DNA of 64,000 bases from Patescibacteria group bacterium (GTDB lineage: Bacteria > Patescibacteriota > Patescibacteriia > UBA9934), in the NCBI GenBank assembly GCA_041659765.1, contig JBAZXR010000001.1:723338-787337 (forward strand), written 5' to 3'. Shown here piece after piece: positions 19,032-29,326 of the stretch (position 1 is the stretch's first letter; the number at the start of each line of letters is the position of its first letter). A program made the position numbers and the translations under genes. A model generated the notes under the pieces. The model worked only from the letters and a program-made list of their open reading frames with translations, was not told the origin of the DNA and searched no databases.

Positions 19032-20138
19032 ATGCGTGTTGCGCTTGTCCATGACCATTTAATTCAGCACGGAGGCGCTGAACGTGTTCTTTCCGCGCTC
19101 CAGGCCATCTTTCCTGAAGCGCCTACCTACACGCTTTTTTTTGATCGTGATGCCATGAAGGCAGATTTTGGACACAAAGATATTCGGACTTCTTTTCTCC
19201 AACATATTCCCGGTGGCAAACGTTTCTTCCGCTATCTTCTCCCCCTCATGCCTTCAGCGACCGAGAGTTATGATCTCTCGGGTTTCGACGTCATCATTTC
19301 TTCGGCCAGTGCCTTCGCCAAAGGTATCGTGACGCCCACGGATAGCGTTCACATTTCATACTGTCATACGCCAACGAGATATCTATGGAGCGACGCCCAA
19401 AGCTACGTCGAAGAACTCAATGCGCCAAAGATTGTGAAGTGGGCACTCCCGCCGGTTATTTCATTGCTTAGACTTTGGGATAAAGCTGCTGCAGACCGAA
19501 CCGATCTGTTCATTGCTAACTCGAAAACCGTTCAGAACCGCATCAAGAAGTATTACCGCCGCGAAAGCGAAGTTATTAATCCGCCGGTTGATACCGCACG
19601 CTTCTTTGTTTCGAATAACCCTAAACATTACTACCTCGCTGGCGGACGTCTTGTGTCCTACAAGCGGTTCGACCTCGTCGTCGAGGCGTTTACGAAGCTC
19701 GGGCTCCCACTCAAAGTCTTTGGCTCGGGTCCGGCTGAGGAATCGCTCCGCAAAATCGCCGGGCCGAATGTCGAATTTCTTGGTCGAGTATCTGACGATG
19801 AACGCACGCGCCTGTTTGCGGACGCAATCGCCTTCATTAACCCGCAAGAAGAAGATTTTGGCCTCACGGTTGTAGAAGCGATGGCAGCGGGCCGGCCGGT
19901 TATTGCGTATCAGAAGGGCGGAGCGACTGAGACCGTTATCGAAGGCGTGACGGGCGTGTTCTTCAATAAACAAACCGTCGACGCACTCGACGAAGCCGTG
20001 AAGAACTTCGACGCGACCAAATTCGATCCCGCAAAAATTCGACAGCACGCTGAAACCTTCTCAACTGAAAGATTCCGCAGAGAACTTCTCGCTTTTGTAG
20101 AAAACGCGTATCGTAAGGCGTATGAAGATCGCCATTGA
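19032..20138 (+). CDS. Glycosyltransferase family 4
   Basis: GT4 C-terminal domain with EDFGLTVVEAMAAGRPVIA and GG..E motifs. Confidence 0.85.
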   Translation: MRVALVHDHLIQHGGAERVLSALQAIFPEAPTYTLFFDRDAMKADFGHKDIRTSFLQHIPGGKRFFRYLLPLMPSATESYDLSGFDVIISSASAFAKGIVTPTDSVHISYCHTPTRYLWSDAQSYVEELNAPKIVKWALPPVISLLRLWDKAAADRTDLFIANSKTVQNRIKKYYRRESEVINPPVDTARFFVSNNPKHYYLAGGRLVSYKRFDLVVEAFTKLGLPLKVFGSGPAEESLRKIAGPNVEFLGRVSDDERTRLFADAIAFINPQEEDFGLTVVEAMAAGRPVIAYQKGGATETVIEGVTGVFFNKQTVDALDEAVKNFDATKFDPAKIRQHAETFSTERFRRELLAFVENAYRKAYEDRH

Positions 20139-21279
20139 TGGCCGATCCTTGCTGGACGAACGCCTGACAGGGGTTGGTACATACACACTGAATCTCATCA
20201 CTTCCCTGGCTGAACTGGCTCCCCGGGATGAATTTCTGGTTTTTGTAAGTGGCTCATTTCATACCCGGAACAGAGCACCCATTTTCAAGGCGACGAATAT
20301 TAAGTTAGTCGAGGCCAAGATTCCTAATCGCCTTCTTTCCCTGCTCTTGATTCTTCCCTTGTCACCAATTTCCCTCGATTCTTTCCTCCCGGAACACGTC
20401 GATGCCTGGTTATTCCCCAACCACGATGCCATCGTTACTCACCGACCGTATATATTTACGGTTCATGATTTGAGTTTCATTCATCTTCCACGGTTTTTTT
20501 CTAAAAAAGACAAGCTGGTTCGCAAACTACAGAATATTAAAGCGATCGCAACAGAGGCCAGACACATTCTTACGCCCTCACGGGCGACTGCTGACGACGT
20601 ATCGTCCATCTATCACCTCCCCGCTGAACAAATTACCATCACTCCACTCGGCCTAGACCACACCCATTTTGTCCCCCGCGAACAGCCTTCTGACCGCACT
20701 TTCAGGGCCGCCTATGATCTTAACCGACCGTACATTTTAGCCGCCGCAACGATCGAGCCGCGTAAAAACTTCGAAAGCGTCATCGAGGCCTACGATGCTT
20801 TCCGTTCCCGCGGCGGCGAAGCCTTGCCGCTCGTGATCCTAGGCAAACCAGGATTTGGATTTGAGCGCGTTAAAAAAACCGCCCAAGCGGCCATGTTTGC
20901 GGACGACATCCGCTTCCTTGGTTTTGTCCCTGAAAAACATAAACCTGCGCTCTTCCGCGGAGCTTCATGCTTTCTTTTTCCCTCTTTTTACGAAGGCTTC
21001 GGTCTTCCGGTTCTAGAGGCCATGGCTTCCGGGGTTCCCGTCATCACTTCTTTTACCAGCTCCCTCCCTGAAATTGCCGGAGACGCCGCTCTTTACGTTG
21101 ATCCATTCAATGTCGAGGACCTCACGCGCGCTCTTCAAATACTTTTTGATCCCACAGACGGCAAAACCCTGCGCGACCTGCTCACAAAAAAAGGCATCCA
21201 ACGTTCAAAGCTGTTTACCTGGGAAAAAACCGCTCAAAAAACCCTCCAAGCACTTTGGCAGCTCGAACACAAAAACTAG
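20122..21279 (+). CDS. Glycosyltransferase family 4
   Basis: EGFGLPVLEAMASGVPVI motif. Overlaps the upstream gene by 17 nt. Confidence 0.85.
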   Translation: MKIAIDGRSLLDERLTGVGTYTLNLITSLAELAPRDEFLVFVSGSFHTRNRAPIFKATNIKLVEAKIPNRLLSLLLILPLSPISLDSFLPEHVDAWLFPNHDAIVTHRPYIFTVHDLSFIHLPRFFSKKDKLVRKLQNIKAIATEARHILTPSRATADDVSSIYHLPAEQITITPLGLDHTHFVPREQPSDRTFRAAYDLNRPYILAAATIEPRKNFESVIEAYDAFRSRGGEALPLVILGKPGFGFERVKKTAQAAMFADDIRFLGFVPEKHKPALFRGASCFLFPSFYEGFGLPVLEAMASGVPVITSFTSSLPEIAGDAALYVDPFNVEDLTRALQILFDPTDGKTLRDLLTKKGIQRSKLFTWEKTAQKTLQALWQLEHKN

Positions 21280-23153
21280 TTAGCCGCCACAATCCCCTTC
21301 CCCTCGGCAAATTTATCTTCAGGTAGCGCAGTGGTGAGGGCGTCTGCTTCTTTTTCTATTCTATTTGACGTCGTCGAATCCGTGACGCGGAGCGCACTAC
21401 CGGAGAGGATTTTCATGACTTTACCCACGTCTGCTGCGGTGGGAGTGGCTTTAACGTAGAATTTCGCATGAATAACCGCAGCTTCCTTGGTAATGCCAGT
21501 CGCATCGAACCGAACTATGTTTGCGCTCGCATCATACGTTACCTTGCCAAGGTCTGAGGCTACATTACCGGCAAACGTGACGCCAGGAGGAAGCGTGGCC
21601 GTAACCACCAGGTCCTCGAGCGGATGTAGTGCGTGAGGAATAGTCCACATGACTTCAAACGTAGTTCCAGAACCAACGGCCGGTGGCAACGGACCCTCGC
21701 CAATAGGCGCGCCATCCGTTGAAAAATAGTGGGCAGAGGCAGTCAGAGCAACCGCAGCGTTTATATGAACGGTTAGCGGCGATGATTGAATCGTCGAACC
21801 AGCCACAGTCGCGCGGGCGATAACCGTAAAGGTGTCGACATCGGTCGGTGCAAGCTCGGCCTTCACGGGAAACAGTAAGTTGAAGCTCTTTTTATCGGCC
21901 GGGTTTATCACACCTATTTTCTTGGCATCAAATATTACGCCGTCCTTATTCAGCACTCCCCCGTCCAGGCTAGCCTTTGACCAGGTGATTGGAACACCGG
22001 TTCCAGGCTGGAAATCAAGCGTAACAGCCGCATCAGACAGTGGCGTTGTGCCCGTATTTTCTAATCTATAACCAAGCCTGAGCGCGTCGCCAGGCGCAAC
22101 CGAGGTATCGCCTGATAAGCCGTTGCCAACAAGGGTTAAACGAAGCGCACCACCGGAAACGTCCGTCGGAACCATACCGGCCGCCTGCACAAGAGTTTTC
22201 GAGTCTATACCCGTGCCAACTGGCAGGGAAACCTCGGCCTTCATCTGTTCTACGTCCGTCACATCAGAAGCGAACGAACCGCTCACCGTGATTGAAACCT
22301 CCTTACCGGCATCGATATTCTCAAAAGTCCACTTAGGACGCTCACCGGCACTAAAGGTAGGGGTGCTCTTGGCGACCGTAAAACCCGTAGGAGGAGAGAG
22401 AGTGACTACCGCGCCCTTAACGGGGAGCGATCCAGAATTAGTCACCTTAACCACATAGGCCAGGACAGCTCCGGGAGTGGCCTTCTCTGGACCGGTAACA
22501 CCAAGCGCTAGCACGCTTGATTTTGTACTAACAGAGGCCGTAGCAATCTGGGAAAAGTCTGAACTAAAGTTAGCTGGCTTATACCCGGCAATAGCTTGCA
22601 CGGTGTTAGTCGACGGCGTAGTAACGATCCATGTTCCCTCAATGGAAATAACGCCCTTGCCATGGGCAGCCACACTCCCAAGTGTAAAAATAAGTTCCTT
22701 TTCATCAAACGGGACCGGGTCCATTCTTGTAACTATAAAAGACGGCGGCAAATTAACGTTCACCTCTAGCTGAGCGAGCGGGATATTCTCCGGATTCTCA
22801 TACGGCACCTTAATAGTGACCGCCTCCCCACTCTTTATCTCAACTGGCATTTCGACCGCCAACACAAGTGGAGCGTAGCCCTGGTTCATGAACCAACCAC
22901 GGGAAGACAAAACAGTTACAGCAAAAATTAATACGGCCGCGAAGGCCAGCCAGCCGACAATTCTCATTAACCAATAAGTTAAACGTGACCCACCCGGAGT
23001 AACGACGGATAGATCCTCCGGAGATTCGCCATAAATAGCCCGCAACCCTTCATCCATGTCCGCCTCCTTCTCTTGAGTGGACCGAACACGCTCGCCTTTT
23101 CCTGGAGGGACGATCTTTTTTACCGGATGGATATGTATGATCTTCTTGACCAT
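21276..23153 (-). CDS. Membrane-anchored surface protein with repeated beta-rich domains (hypothetical)
   Basis: N-terminal TM helix. Roughly 550 extracellular residues rich in T/V/G/S with repeated roughly 100-aa segments. Confidence 0.45.
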   Translation of the reverse strand: MVKKIIHIHPVKKIVPPGKGERVRSTQEKEADMDEGLRAIYGESPEDLSVVTPGGSRLTYWLMRIVGWLAFAAVLIFAVTVLSSRGWFMNQGYAPLVLAVEMPVEIKSGEAVTIKVPYENPENIPLAQLEVNVNLPPSFIVTRMDPVPFDEKELIFTLGSVAAHGKGVISIEGTWIVTTPSTNTVQAIAGYKPANFSSDFSQIATASVSTKSSVLALGVTGPEKATPGAVLAYVVKVTNSGSLPVKGAVVTLSPPTGFTVAKSTPTFSAGERPKWTFENIDAGKEVSITVSGSFASDVTDVEQMKAEVSLPVGTGIDSKTLVQAAGMVPTDVSGGALRLTLVGNGLSGDTSVAPGDALRLGYRLENTGTTPLSDAAVTLDFQPGTGVPITWSKASLDGGVLNKDGVIFDAKKIGVINPADKKSFNLLFPVKAELAPTDVDTFTVIARATVAGSTIQSSPLTVHINAAVALTASAHYFSTDGAPIGEGPLPPAVGSGTTFEVMWTIPHALHPLEDLVVTATLPPGVTFAGNVASDLGKVTYDASANIVRFDATGITKEAAVIHAKFYVKATPTAADVGKVMKILSGSALRVTDSTTSNRIEKEADALTTALPEDKFAEGKGIVAAN

Positions 23154-23156
23154 ATC

Positions 23157-25592
23157 TTAGGGCTGGAAAAGCCAACCAAAGAAGGAATCGCGCTCATTAG
23201 TAGCCACGCCAGTGACGTTAGAATTAGCGTCTGAGCTGGTCCAAATAACTTCTACCGCGTGTGGGAGCGAAACCCGCACATCTGTTCGGCGATTTTCTAC
23301 ACCCGACTGTTTTTGAACAAACAATGAGTAAGGGACTGGACTGGTAGCGGCAAACATACCAGTCGCCTTTGCGAGCGAGACTTTGAATGGCAGTTTATAG
23401 GTGAAGGTGACGGTTGAAGAAGTGCCGGGAGCAGTCTGCACCCAGTTGCCAAAGACGGTCTTGCCATTTTCATTCCAAACATCTGTACCGGTAGATTCAT
23501 CCTTGCCTATATCCTGCATGTTAAGCGCCAAATCTTCATCTGTTGAGAGCGGAACATCACTCTTCTTAAAGAGTGCCTCGGCGGGCGGGGTAAAACCGGA
23601 AGCGTTCATGATCTGACTGCCTTCCGGAACATATAAACGTATGTAATCCACGTTATTCACGCCACGGAAGAGCTCGCTCTTCATACCGCGGTGAGTGCGC
23701 GTGACAGTGACCGTATTCACAACAGTTCCGTCTTCGCTGATCTCAACCTCAACATTCGCCTGTTCATCAATCACCCCATCAGTTTTTCCTCCGCCCAAGT
23801 TTGTATCAACAATCATGAGCGAGTCACCCGTAGTCTGCTTCAGGCTACCCGTGAAACCGAGTTTATCCATGGTTGCCTCCAAATCATTCTGCGAGAAATA
23901 CACCATGATGTCTTTTTCCTGCAGACCCTGGCCAACCAAACTCAACACCTTGGTCAAGGTTGGAAAATCAGCATCTGTCACGCGTTTCAAGAGAAGCGGG
24001 GCGAGGTCGCCAATGAAGGCCTTAGGCTTGTTAGCACTCTTGTCGTATTCAAGTTCGACGATCTTTTGAGTTTCAATTAAAAAGTTATCGGCATTGATCG
24101 TTCTCTTGTATTGCGGCATGTCCACCGGTCCAACAATCTTTAAGAGGTCCACAATAAATGAGGCATTAACCGCAATCACCCCGTCCATAGTGGGTCCGCC
24201 AGAATGCTCCTGGAACCAGAGCATCTTCTTAGCCGAAGTGGGAAAATCAGGAAACCAGTTGGCGTCTTGGAACTCCCAGCGCGGACGCAGGAGGTGCATT
24301 GGCCCAGGTGCGGCAACGTATTCGGTTAACTGACCCTGCGCTGAGTACGAACCACCGCCCGGAACCGATAAGCGCTCGATGACTCCGTTTTTTACGTCGA
24401 GTTCTGCGAAACTGCCGACGAATCCGCCAGTCGCTCGAATTTCAGTGTTATTCTGGAAAGCTGCCAGGTATCGGACTTCGCCCTTGCCCCCGAGGATGAT
24501 CGTGAGCGCGTTAGTAAACTGCGTAAACTCATGGAGCGCACTGGCGAGTGCGGGAACGGTCGATTTCAATTCGTGGATTTTTCCGGCGTATTCCTCCGGC
24601 ATTGAGCCTTCATCTATCTTTTGGATTGCTTCAGCTGCCGTAATGACATGCGGTTCCGCACTACCGACATACGTAGAGAGCAAATCAATCTTGTCGACCA
24701 CGGTTAATGACTTCTTGCCTGCAATGTCCTGCCCAGCGAGCGATAAAATCTCCGCCGTGTTAGCTAACTCCTCCCCCGCAGTTGCCAGATGCCGTACTGA
24801 ACTCATGGTCCGCTCAGTCTGAGGAATAACACTGGCCGCCGCGGTCACCACGGCATGCATACTATTCAGCGAATCCTCAGCGTTGGCGAAATCTTCGGCA
24901 GCTTTTGAGAAATCCTTACCGGCAGAAGCAAAATCCTTGCTTGAAAGACTGGTCGCACCTCTCAAGAACGCATCGAGCGCGGTCGAACCATTGCTCTTCA
25001 CGGAATCGGTAGTCGAGCGCACGTTGGCATACACCTGCGCGGCATGGAGCGGCGCAGAAATGAATAGCGCCAAAAGAACAAATGACGCCAGCGCGCGCTT
25101 GGATGAGAAAACTCGAGCGATACGAGCCGTCAGATCAGCCAAAGGAGTAACCGCAGAAAAGACTTCGGCGACCTCTATATCCTCGGTAGCGATAGGGTCG
25201 AGAATGGGAACGGCGATGGTTGTCGGCGCAGTCATCCTGAGCGCTAGCGAAGGATCTGAATGGTAACCAATCAGATTCTTCGTCGCGGAGCTCCTCAGAA
25301 TGACTGAATCTTCGTTCTCTCCTTCTACCGGCACCGCATCTTCCATGAGCTGGTCTCTAAATTCATCAAAAGTAATCGCCAAAGAAACTCCCCCATCTGT
25401 CGCTTCCACCAAATCTGCCTCAGCTGATTCTTCTTCGTCGCCGTCAATTACAAGGCTAGCGCGGAGATCTGCGAGCGGGTCAGAGGTCTCCACGATTTCG
25501 CCGGGACGGGAAAGACGAACAATAAAAGGGGAAACGGTGGAATTACCGCCTCTCCTAATGCGAATTATCTTTTTTCCGTCCTCGTTTATCAC
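23157..25592 (-). CDS. DUF4012-like envelope protein (hypothetical)
   Basis: 811 aa. TM anchor, then a coiled/helical region. Motif FQNNTEIRATGGFVGSFAELDV resembles the DUF4012 NNAE(I/M)RxTGG signature. Confidence 0.5.
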   Translation of the reverse strand: MINEDGKKIIRIRRGGNSTVSPFIVRLSRPGEIVETSDPLADLRASLVIDGDEEESAEADLVEATDGGVSLAITFDEFRDQLMEDAVPVEGENEDSVILRSSATKNLIGYHSDPSLALRMTAPTTIAVPILDPIATEDIEVAEVFSAVTPLADLTARIARVFSSKRALASFVLLALFISAPLHAAQVYANVRSTTDSVKSNGSTALDAFLRGATSLSSKDFASAGKDFSKAAEDFANAEDSLNSMHAVVTAAASVIPQTERTMSSVRHLATAGEELANTAEILSLAGQDIAGKKSLTVVDKIDLLSTYVGSAEPHVITAAEAIQKIDEGSMPEEYAGKIHELKSTVPALASALHEFTQFTNALTIILGGKGEVRYLAAFQNNTEIRATGGFVGSFAELDVKNGVIERLSVPGGGSYSAQGQLTEYVAAPGPMHLLRPRWEFQDANWFPDFPTSAKKMLWFQEHSGGPTMDGVIAVNASFIVDLLKIVGPVDMPQYKRTINADNFLIETQKIVELEYDKSANKPKAFIGDLAPLLLKRVTDADFPTLTKVLSLVGQGLQEKDIMVYFSQNDLEATMDKLGFTGSLKQTTGDSLMIVDTNLGGGKTDGVIDEQANVEVEISEDGTVVNTVTVTRTHRGMKSELFRGVNNVDYIRLYVPEGSQIMNASGFTPPAEALFKKSDVPLSTDEDLALNMQDIGKDESTGTDVWNENGKTVFGNWVQTAPGTSSTVTFTYKLPFKVSLAKATGMFAATSPVPYSLFVQKQSGVENRRTDVRVSLPHAVEVIWTSSDANSNVTGVATNERDSFFGWLFQP

Positions 25593-25594
25593 AG

Positions 25595-26731
25595 TTAGAT
25601 GCGGCGCTGGCCGTAGAGCAAATAAATTTCTAGCGTCTGCCTGGCTGCCTTCTCCCAGCTATACCTTTTAGCAAAATCGGCACCTTTTTCTTTCAAGCCA
25701 GCCCATTTCTCTGGGCGTTCAACCGCGTCCAGCATCACCTTAGCCATGTCATCAGTATCGTCCGGATCAACGTAGCGGACATAGTCTCCCAATACTTCTG
25801 GCATGCTCGACGCGTTGCTGGCCATCACCTTTGTCCCCGCGAGTAATGCTTCGACGGGTGGGATGCCGAACCCTTCGATTCTGGATGGATAAGCCAGCAG
25901 CGCAGCATGGCGATAAAGCGCACCAAGTTCTTCATCAGTTGGTAAATTGAGAAAACGTACTTCCCCGCTGCCGAATCCATACTCAAGCGCGCGCCCCTCA
26001 AGTTTCTTCCCAAACTCATCAAACTTTCCGGCCATGACGAGCTGAATTCCTGGATGACGCGCGTGTGCGCCAGCGAAGGCGTCAAGTAAAGTGTCCAAAT
26101 TCTTGTGCGGATACATGTTGCCCACATAGAGAATGAACGGCTCGACGACTCCGAGATCTCTGAGTGACACTCCTCTACCTTCCAAAGGCGCGTTCACGCC
26201 GTTATGAATCACGCTCACTTTGTTTGGCTTCACGCGAAAGTGCCCCAGAATAGACCTGCGACTCGCCTCTGAAACCGTGATGATGTGGCGAGAACCATGA
26301 ATGGCTTTTTCGAGTACTAGACGGTGGCCAAGCTGCTTGATTCCGTGAACCAATGGCCCGCGTGTTGTCGCCCTGGCGCTCGATGGGTCGTCAAGAAGAA
26401 TCAAATCGTGGATTGTGACGATAAACGGCACGCGAGATAGGACAGGCACGTTCCAGTGCGAATAGTGCATGAAATTGACCTTGGCGTGCGCTATTTCCCT
26501 TGGCATCACCGTCTGCTCCGCAAGCGAATACCAAGGCACGTCAACCATCTTTTTTGAAAAATTCGCCCCAGTGACCACGAACTCGTGGAAGTTTTCTTTT
26601 TTGAGAAAAATAACGTACTCATTTTCATGATCAATCTTTTGCAAATTGTTCACTAATTCTGAGACATAGCGGCCAAGTCCGCCTCCCCCCGTACGTGGAC
26701 CAAAAAATCGTGCGTCTATGCCTATTCGCAT
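25595..26731 (-). CDS. Glycosyltransferase family 4
   Basis: N-terminal MRIGIDAR...GGG. C-terminal EGFGIPPVEALLAGTKVMAS. Confidence 0.85.
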   Translation of the reverse strand: MRIGIDARFFGPRTGGGGLGRYVSELVNNLQKIDHENEYVIFLKKENFHEFVVTGANFSKKMVDVPWYSLAEQTVMPREIAHAKVNFMHYSHWNVPVLSRVPFIVTIHDLILLDDPSSARATTRGPLVHGIKQLGHRLVLEKAIHGSRHIITVSEASRRSILGHFRVKPNKVSVIHNGVNAPLEGRGVSLRDLGVVEPFILYVGNMYPHKNLDTLLDAFAGAHARHPGIQLVMAGKFDEFGKKLEGRALEYGFGSGEVRFLNLPTDEELGALYRHAALLAYPSRIEGFGIPPVEALLAGTKVMASNASSMPEVLGDYVRYVDPDDTDDMAKVMLDAVERPEKWAGLKEKGADFAKRYSWEKAARQTLEIYLLYGQRRI

Positions 26732-26852
26732 ATCCCCATTTTATCACGGGTGGGGACAAATTGTGTTCAACTTCTATGACAGTGTGAACAAGTCGATTAA
26801 CATTGACCAAGATACAGAATTAAGCTAATATACTTGTCTGTTTGGAGACAAA

Positions 26853-27086
26853 ATGGCCGGCAACAAAACGTACGAGGATCCTCTTTCCGAGAATCACGCC
26901 CTACATCTCAATCTGCTCGTCCCAGCCTTTTCCGTGTTGATAATTATTCTGCTGGCCACATTTTGTTTTATACAGCAACAAAGAATCTACGGCCTACAGG
27001 AGACAGTCGCCGAGCAAACCATCAACGCCGCCGTGCAAGAAAAAGTTCTAGCGGCCTGGAAAAATGGCTGCAAAAAGAACCCCTAG
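26853..27086 (+). CDS. Hypothetical small membrane protein
   Basis: 77 aa with a single TM helix. Terminator-like hairpin downstream. Confidence 0.3.
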   Translation: MAGNKTYEDPLSENHALHLNLLVPAFSVLIIILLATFCFIQQQRIYGLQETVAEQTINAAVQEKVLAAWKNGCKKNP

Positions 27087-27179
27087 CCCGCCCGCGCGCG
27101 GGACAAACTACCCCCTGGACAACATGTCTAGGGGTGCTTCTTTTTTTGCTAATATTAGCTACCATTTAGCTATTTCTGC

Positions 27180-27208
27180 TTGACAAAAGTCAGAATTTAT
27201 GCTATACT
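27180..27208 (+). promoter_or_regulatory. Strong consensus promoter with no downstream CDS
   Basis: TTGACA, 17-bp spacer, TGCTATACT extended -10. Confidence 0.6.
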
Positions 27209-27214
27209 AGTTAT

Positions 27215-27800
27215 TGTGACTACACACCGCGGCGACCGGGAAATCGATCGTCCCAGGCCGCACAACAGGAGCCAGAGGTGGCTAACAACCCCAGAGATGG
27301 TCCGTAATGACCAGTGTCTAAACCCTGTTGCAGGCGTTCCACTCGATGGACGCCTAGCACAACCCATCGGAGAGATCTGATGATTCGCGCACGCGATCGA
27401 CCGTAGCGATACGGCCCCCACAAGGGGCAAACCTCCTGCTGCTTGGGCTCTCCAATTGGAGGCCTCAGCACAACCTACTGACGATGATTCGAGGAATCGA
27501 TGATTCGCGCACGAGACCAGCCCTAAAAAACCAATAAGTTCCGCAGACCCGGGTAAAACCGGGACCAACGACCCTCCCACAAGAGGGCATTGACTAGGTA
27601 TAGGCTGTAGTGACTGAGCCATTCTATGACGGTTCCAGGCGTCTCGGACCAGCATATCCGAGCTCCTGCCTGAAATCTGCTAAATGGCCACGATCAAGAG
27701 CCCGCCCTAGCTCAAAAACGTAAGACATCAAAGTTGACCCTCGCCCCGCTGATTCGAGCTTCGTCCTATTGAGGACGTGAGCTCATCAGCGGGTGTTGCG
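27215..27800 (+). other. Candidate structured non-coding RNA, unclassified
   Basis: No credible ORF. Exact 15-mer gatgattcgcgcacg occurs twice, 120 nt apart. Several GC hairpins carry CCACAAG loops. Terminal long hairpin plus U-run at 27745-27800. Confidence 0.35.
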
Positions 27801-27806
27801 TTTTAA

Positions 27807-28805
27807 TTACTTAAGTCCACTTGCTTTCCGTGCCAATTTATAAATGTTGTACCAAAATTTTGAGATGGGGACATCAAAAGTTCCGGGCATGACTACAACA
27901 TCTGCACCAAAACCTAATTTGAAGCGAGTAATACCATTCCAGGGATGATTCTCGTCGGCGCCGACTGGAGCAATACCCCAAAAGTCGTACATGGTCATTC
28001 CTTTCTCGACGGCGTCTTTGATCAAATGCCAATGGAGTGCGTAGGGCGCCATGACGTTCCTATTTTCGCTACTCGACGCACCATGTAGGTATGTCCGCTG
28101 ACCAAAACTGTCGATCATAAGATTCGCCGCGAGCGCCTTGCCTTCAAAGTCCGCAAAGGCGAAATAGGCCTTGCACTCTCCCCCCTTGAGAACCTTTAGC
28201 ATGTTCAAATATCGGTTCGGTTGATGAAGCGCGAACCCATCCCGCTTAGCCGTGTCCTTCATCAGTTCCATAAACTCGTCGAACGCCTCTTCGCGCGCAA
28301 TCCGAATAGTCACGCCCTTCTTTTCCGCGAGTTTGATGTTGTAACGCGTTTTCGGTTTCATCCGTTCGAGCAGGGTGTCCGGTAAGGCGGGGTTATCAAC
28401 CCCGCTCAAATCGACAATCGCCGTCGTAAACGGATGCCGTTCATGCACCAACGTAGTTCCGGCCAATTTCTTTGGCGGTTCAATCTTCAAAAATGATGCG
28501 CCGGAAAGTTCCTCTATGAGTACGTCGAGTGTGGCCTTAGCCGAAGCGTCCCCAAGAGGACCCTTGGGAATCAAAAAGTAATTTTTGCCGAATCTGAGCG
28601 GCTGTTCGATGCATTGCGCAACTACTGTCCCCTTCTTGGACTCTTCGAAAACTCGCTTAACTTTAAAACCGAGCGACTCTTGAAACTCCCCCCACTCATA
28701 CGACTGCAAAAATCCGCCAAACGGCGGGAGAAAAGGGCGAACTCGATCATTCCACTCTTGCGCTGGCGTCATAGTGATCACCTCGAAAGCATCTTCAATG
28801 CACAT
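27807..28805 (-). CDS. FemAB-family peptidoglycan interpeptide-bridge aminoacyltransferase
   Basis: FemAB-like fold with ERMKPKTRYNIKLAEKKGVTIR and a C-terminal GNAT-like region. Likely start at MTPAQEWN. Confidence 0.65.
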   Translation of the reverse strand: MCIEDAFEVITMTPAQEWNDRVRPFLPPFGGFLQSYEWGEFQESLGFKVKRVFEESKKGTVVAQCIEQPLRFGKNYFLIPKGPLGDASAKATLDVLIEELSGASFLKIEPPKKLAGTTLVHERHPFTTAIVDLSGVDNPALPDTLLERMKPKTRYNIKLAEKKGVTIRIAREEAFDEFMELMKDTAKRDGFALHQPNRYLNMLKVLKGGECKAYFAFADFEGKALAANLMIDSFGQRTYLHGASSSENRNVMAPYALHWHLIKDAVEKGMTMYDFWGIAPVGADENHPWNGITRFKLGFGADVVVMPGTFDVPISKFWYNIYKLARKASGLK

Positions 28806-29326
28806 TTTACCTTACTTTCAATAGTCGCGCCGACTACGTGGGGCATGACTTTGCGAATATCATCAGCCGAGTAACCCAAACTTTCTAGTGCCTCAGTCAC
28901 GTCATCGGAATGTTCGGTCTTGCCAGTTGAGTCAGTGTCTACGAGTACACCTTTTAAATCGAGGATAATTTTCTGCGCGGTTTTCTTGCCGACGCCGGAA
29001 ATAGAAGTAAAAAATGACACGTCATCTTGTTGAATATGCTTACGGAGGGCGTCGGATGAAGCGGCCGAAAGAATCTTCTGTCCCATCTTTGGACCAACGC
29101 CCTGCACGTCAGTAAAAATATAAAAAAGCTCTCGTTCGTCCTTTGTTTCAAAGCCGTAAAGATCATGTTTGTCCTCCCTAATCACCTCGGCCACAAAGTA
29201 TTTCACCTTGTCCCCTACTTCATGCTTCGTTCGTGTAATCATGACGCGATAGCCAACACCACCAACGTCTACCACGACAGCATCCGATTCGTGTTCGGCG
29301 AGTATCCCTTCAATGAATGCGATCAT
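28778..29326 (-). CDS. ruvA: Holliday junction DNA helicase RuvA
   Basis: MIAFIEG..VVDVGGVGYRV OB-fold N-terminus and the helix-hairpin-helix GVGPKMGQKIL / GVGKKTAQKIIL. Confidence 0.88.
   Translation of the reverse strand: MIAFIEGILAEHESDAVVVDVGGVGYRVMITRTKHEVGDKVKYFVAEVIREDKHDLYGFETKDERELFYIFTDVQGVGPKMGQKILSAASSDALRKHIQQDDVSFFTSISGVGKKTAQKIILDLKGVLVDTDSTGKTEHSDDVTEALESLGYSADDIRKVMPHVVGATIESKVKCALKMLSR

Noticed and set aside
27370-27400. CUGAUGA box suggesting a hammerhead ribozyme
   Set aside because: The flanking sequence lacks the GAAA / stem III core and a plausible cleavage-site helix. The second copy reads CGAUGA.
27180-27655. ORFs 27180..27380(+), 27197..27655(-) and 27220..27471(-) inside the promoter-driven region
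   Set aside because: There is no RBS or start context, the composition is odd, and they overlap on both strands inside a hairpin-rich stretch. A non-coding RNA explains the region better.
27215-27800. tmRNA hypothesis for the ORF-less transcript
   Set aside because: There is no tRNA-Ala-like acceptor/T-arm (no GGNUCGANUCC...CCACCA 3' end) and no convincing tag reading frame ending in AA plus a stop.
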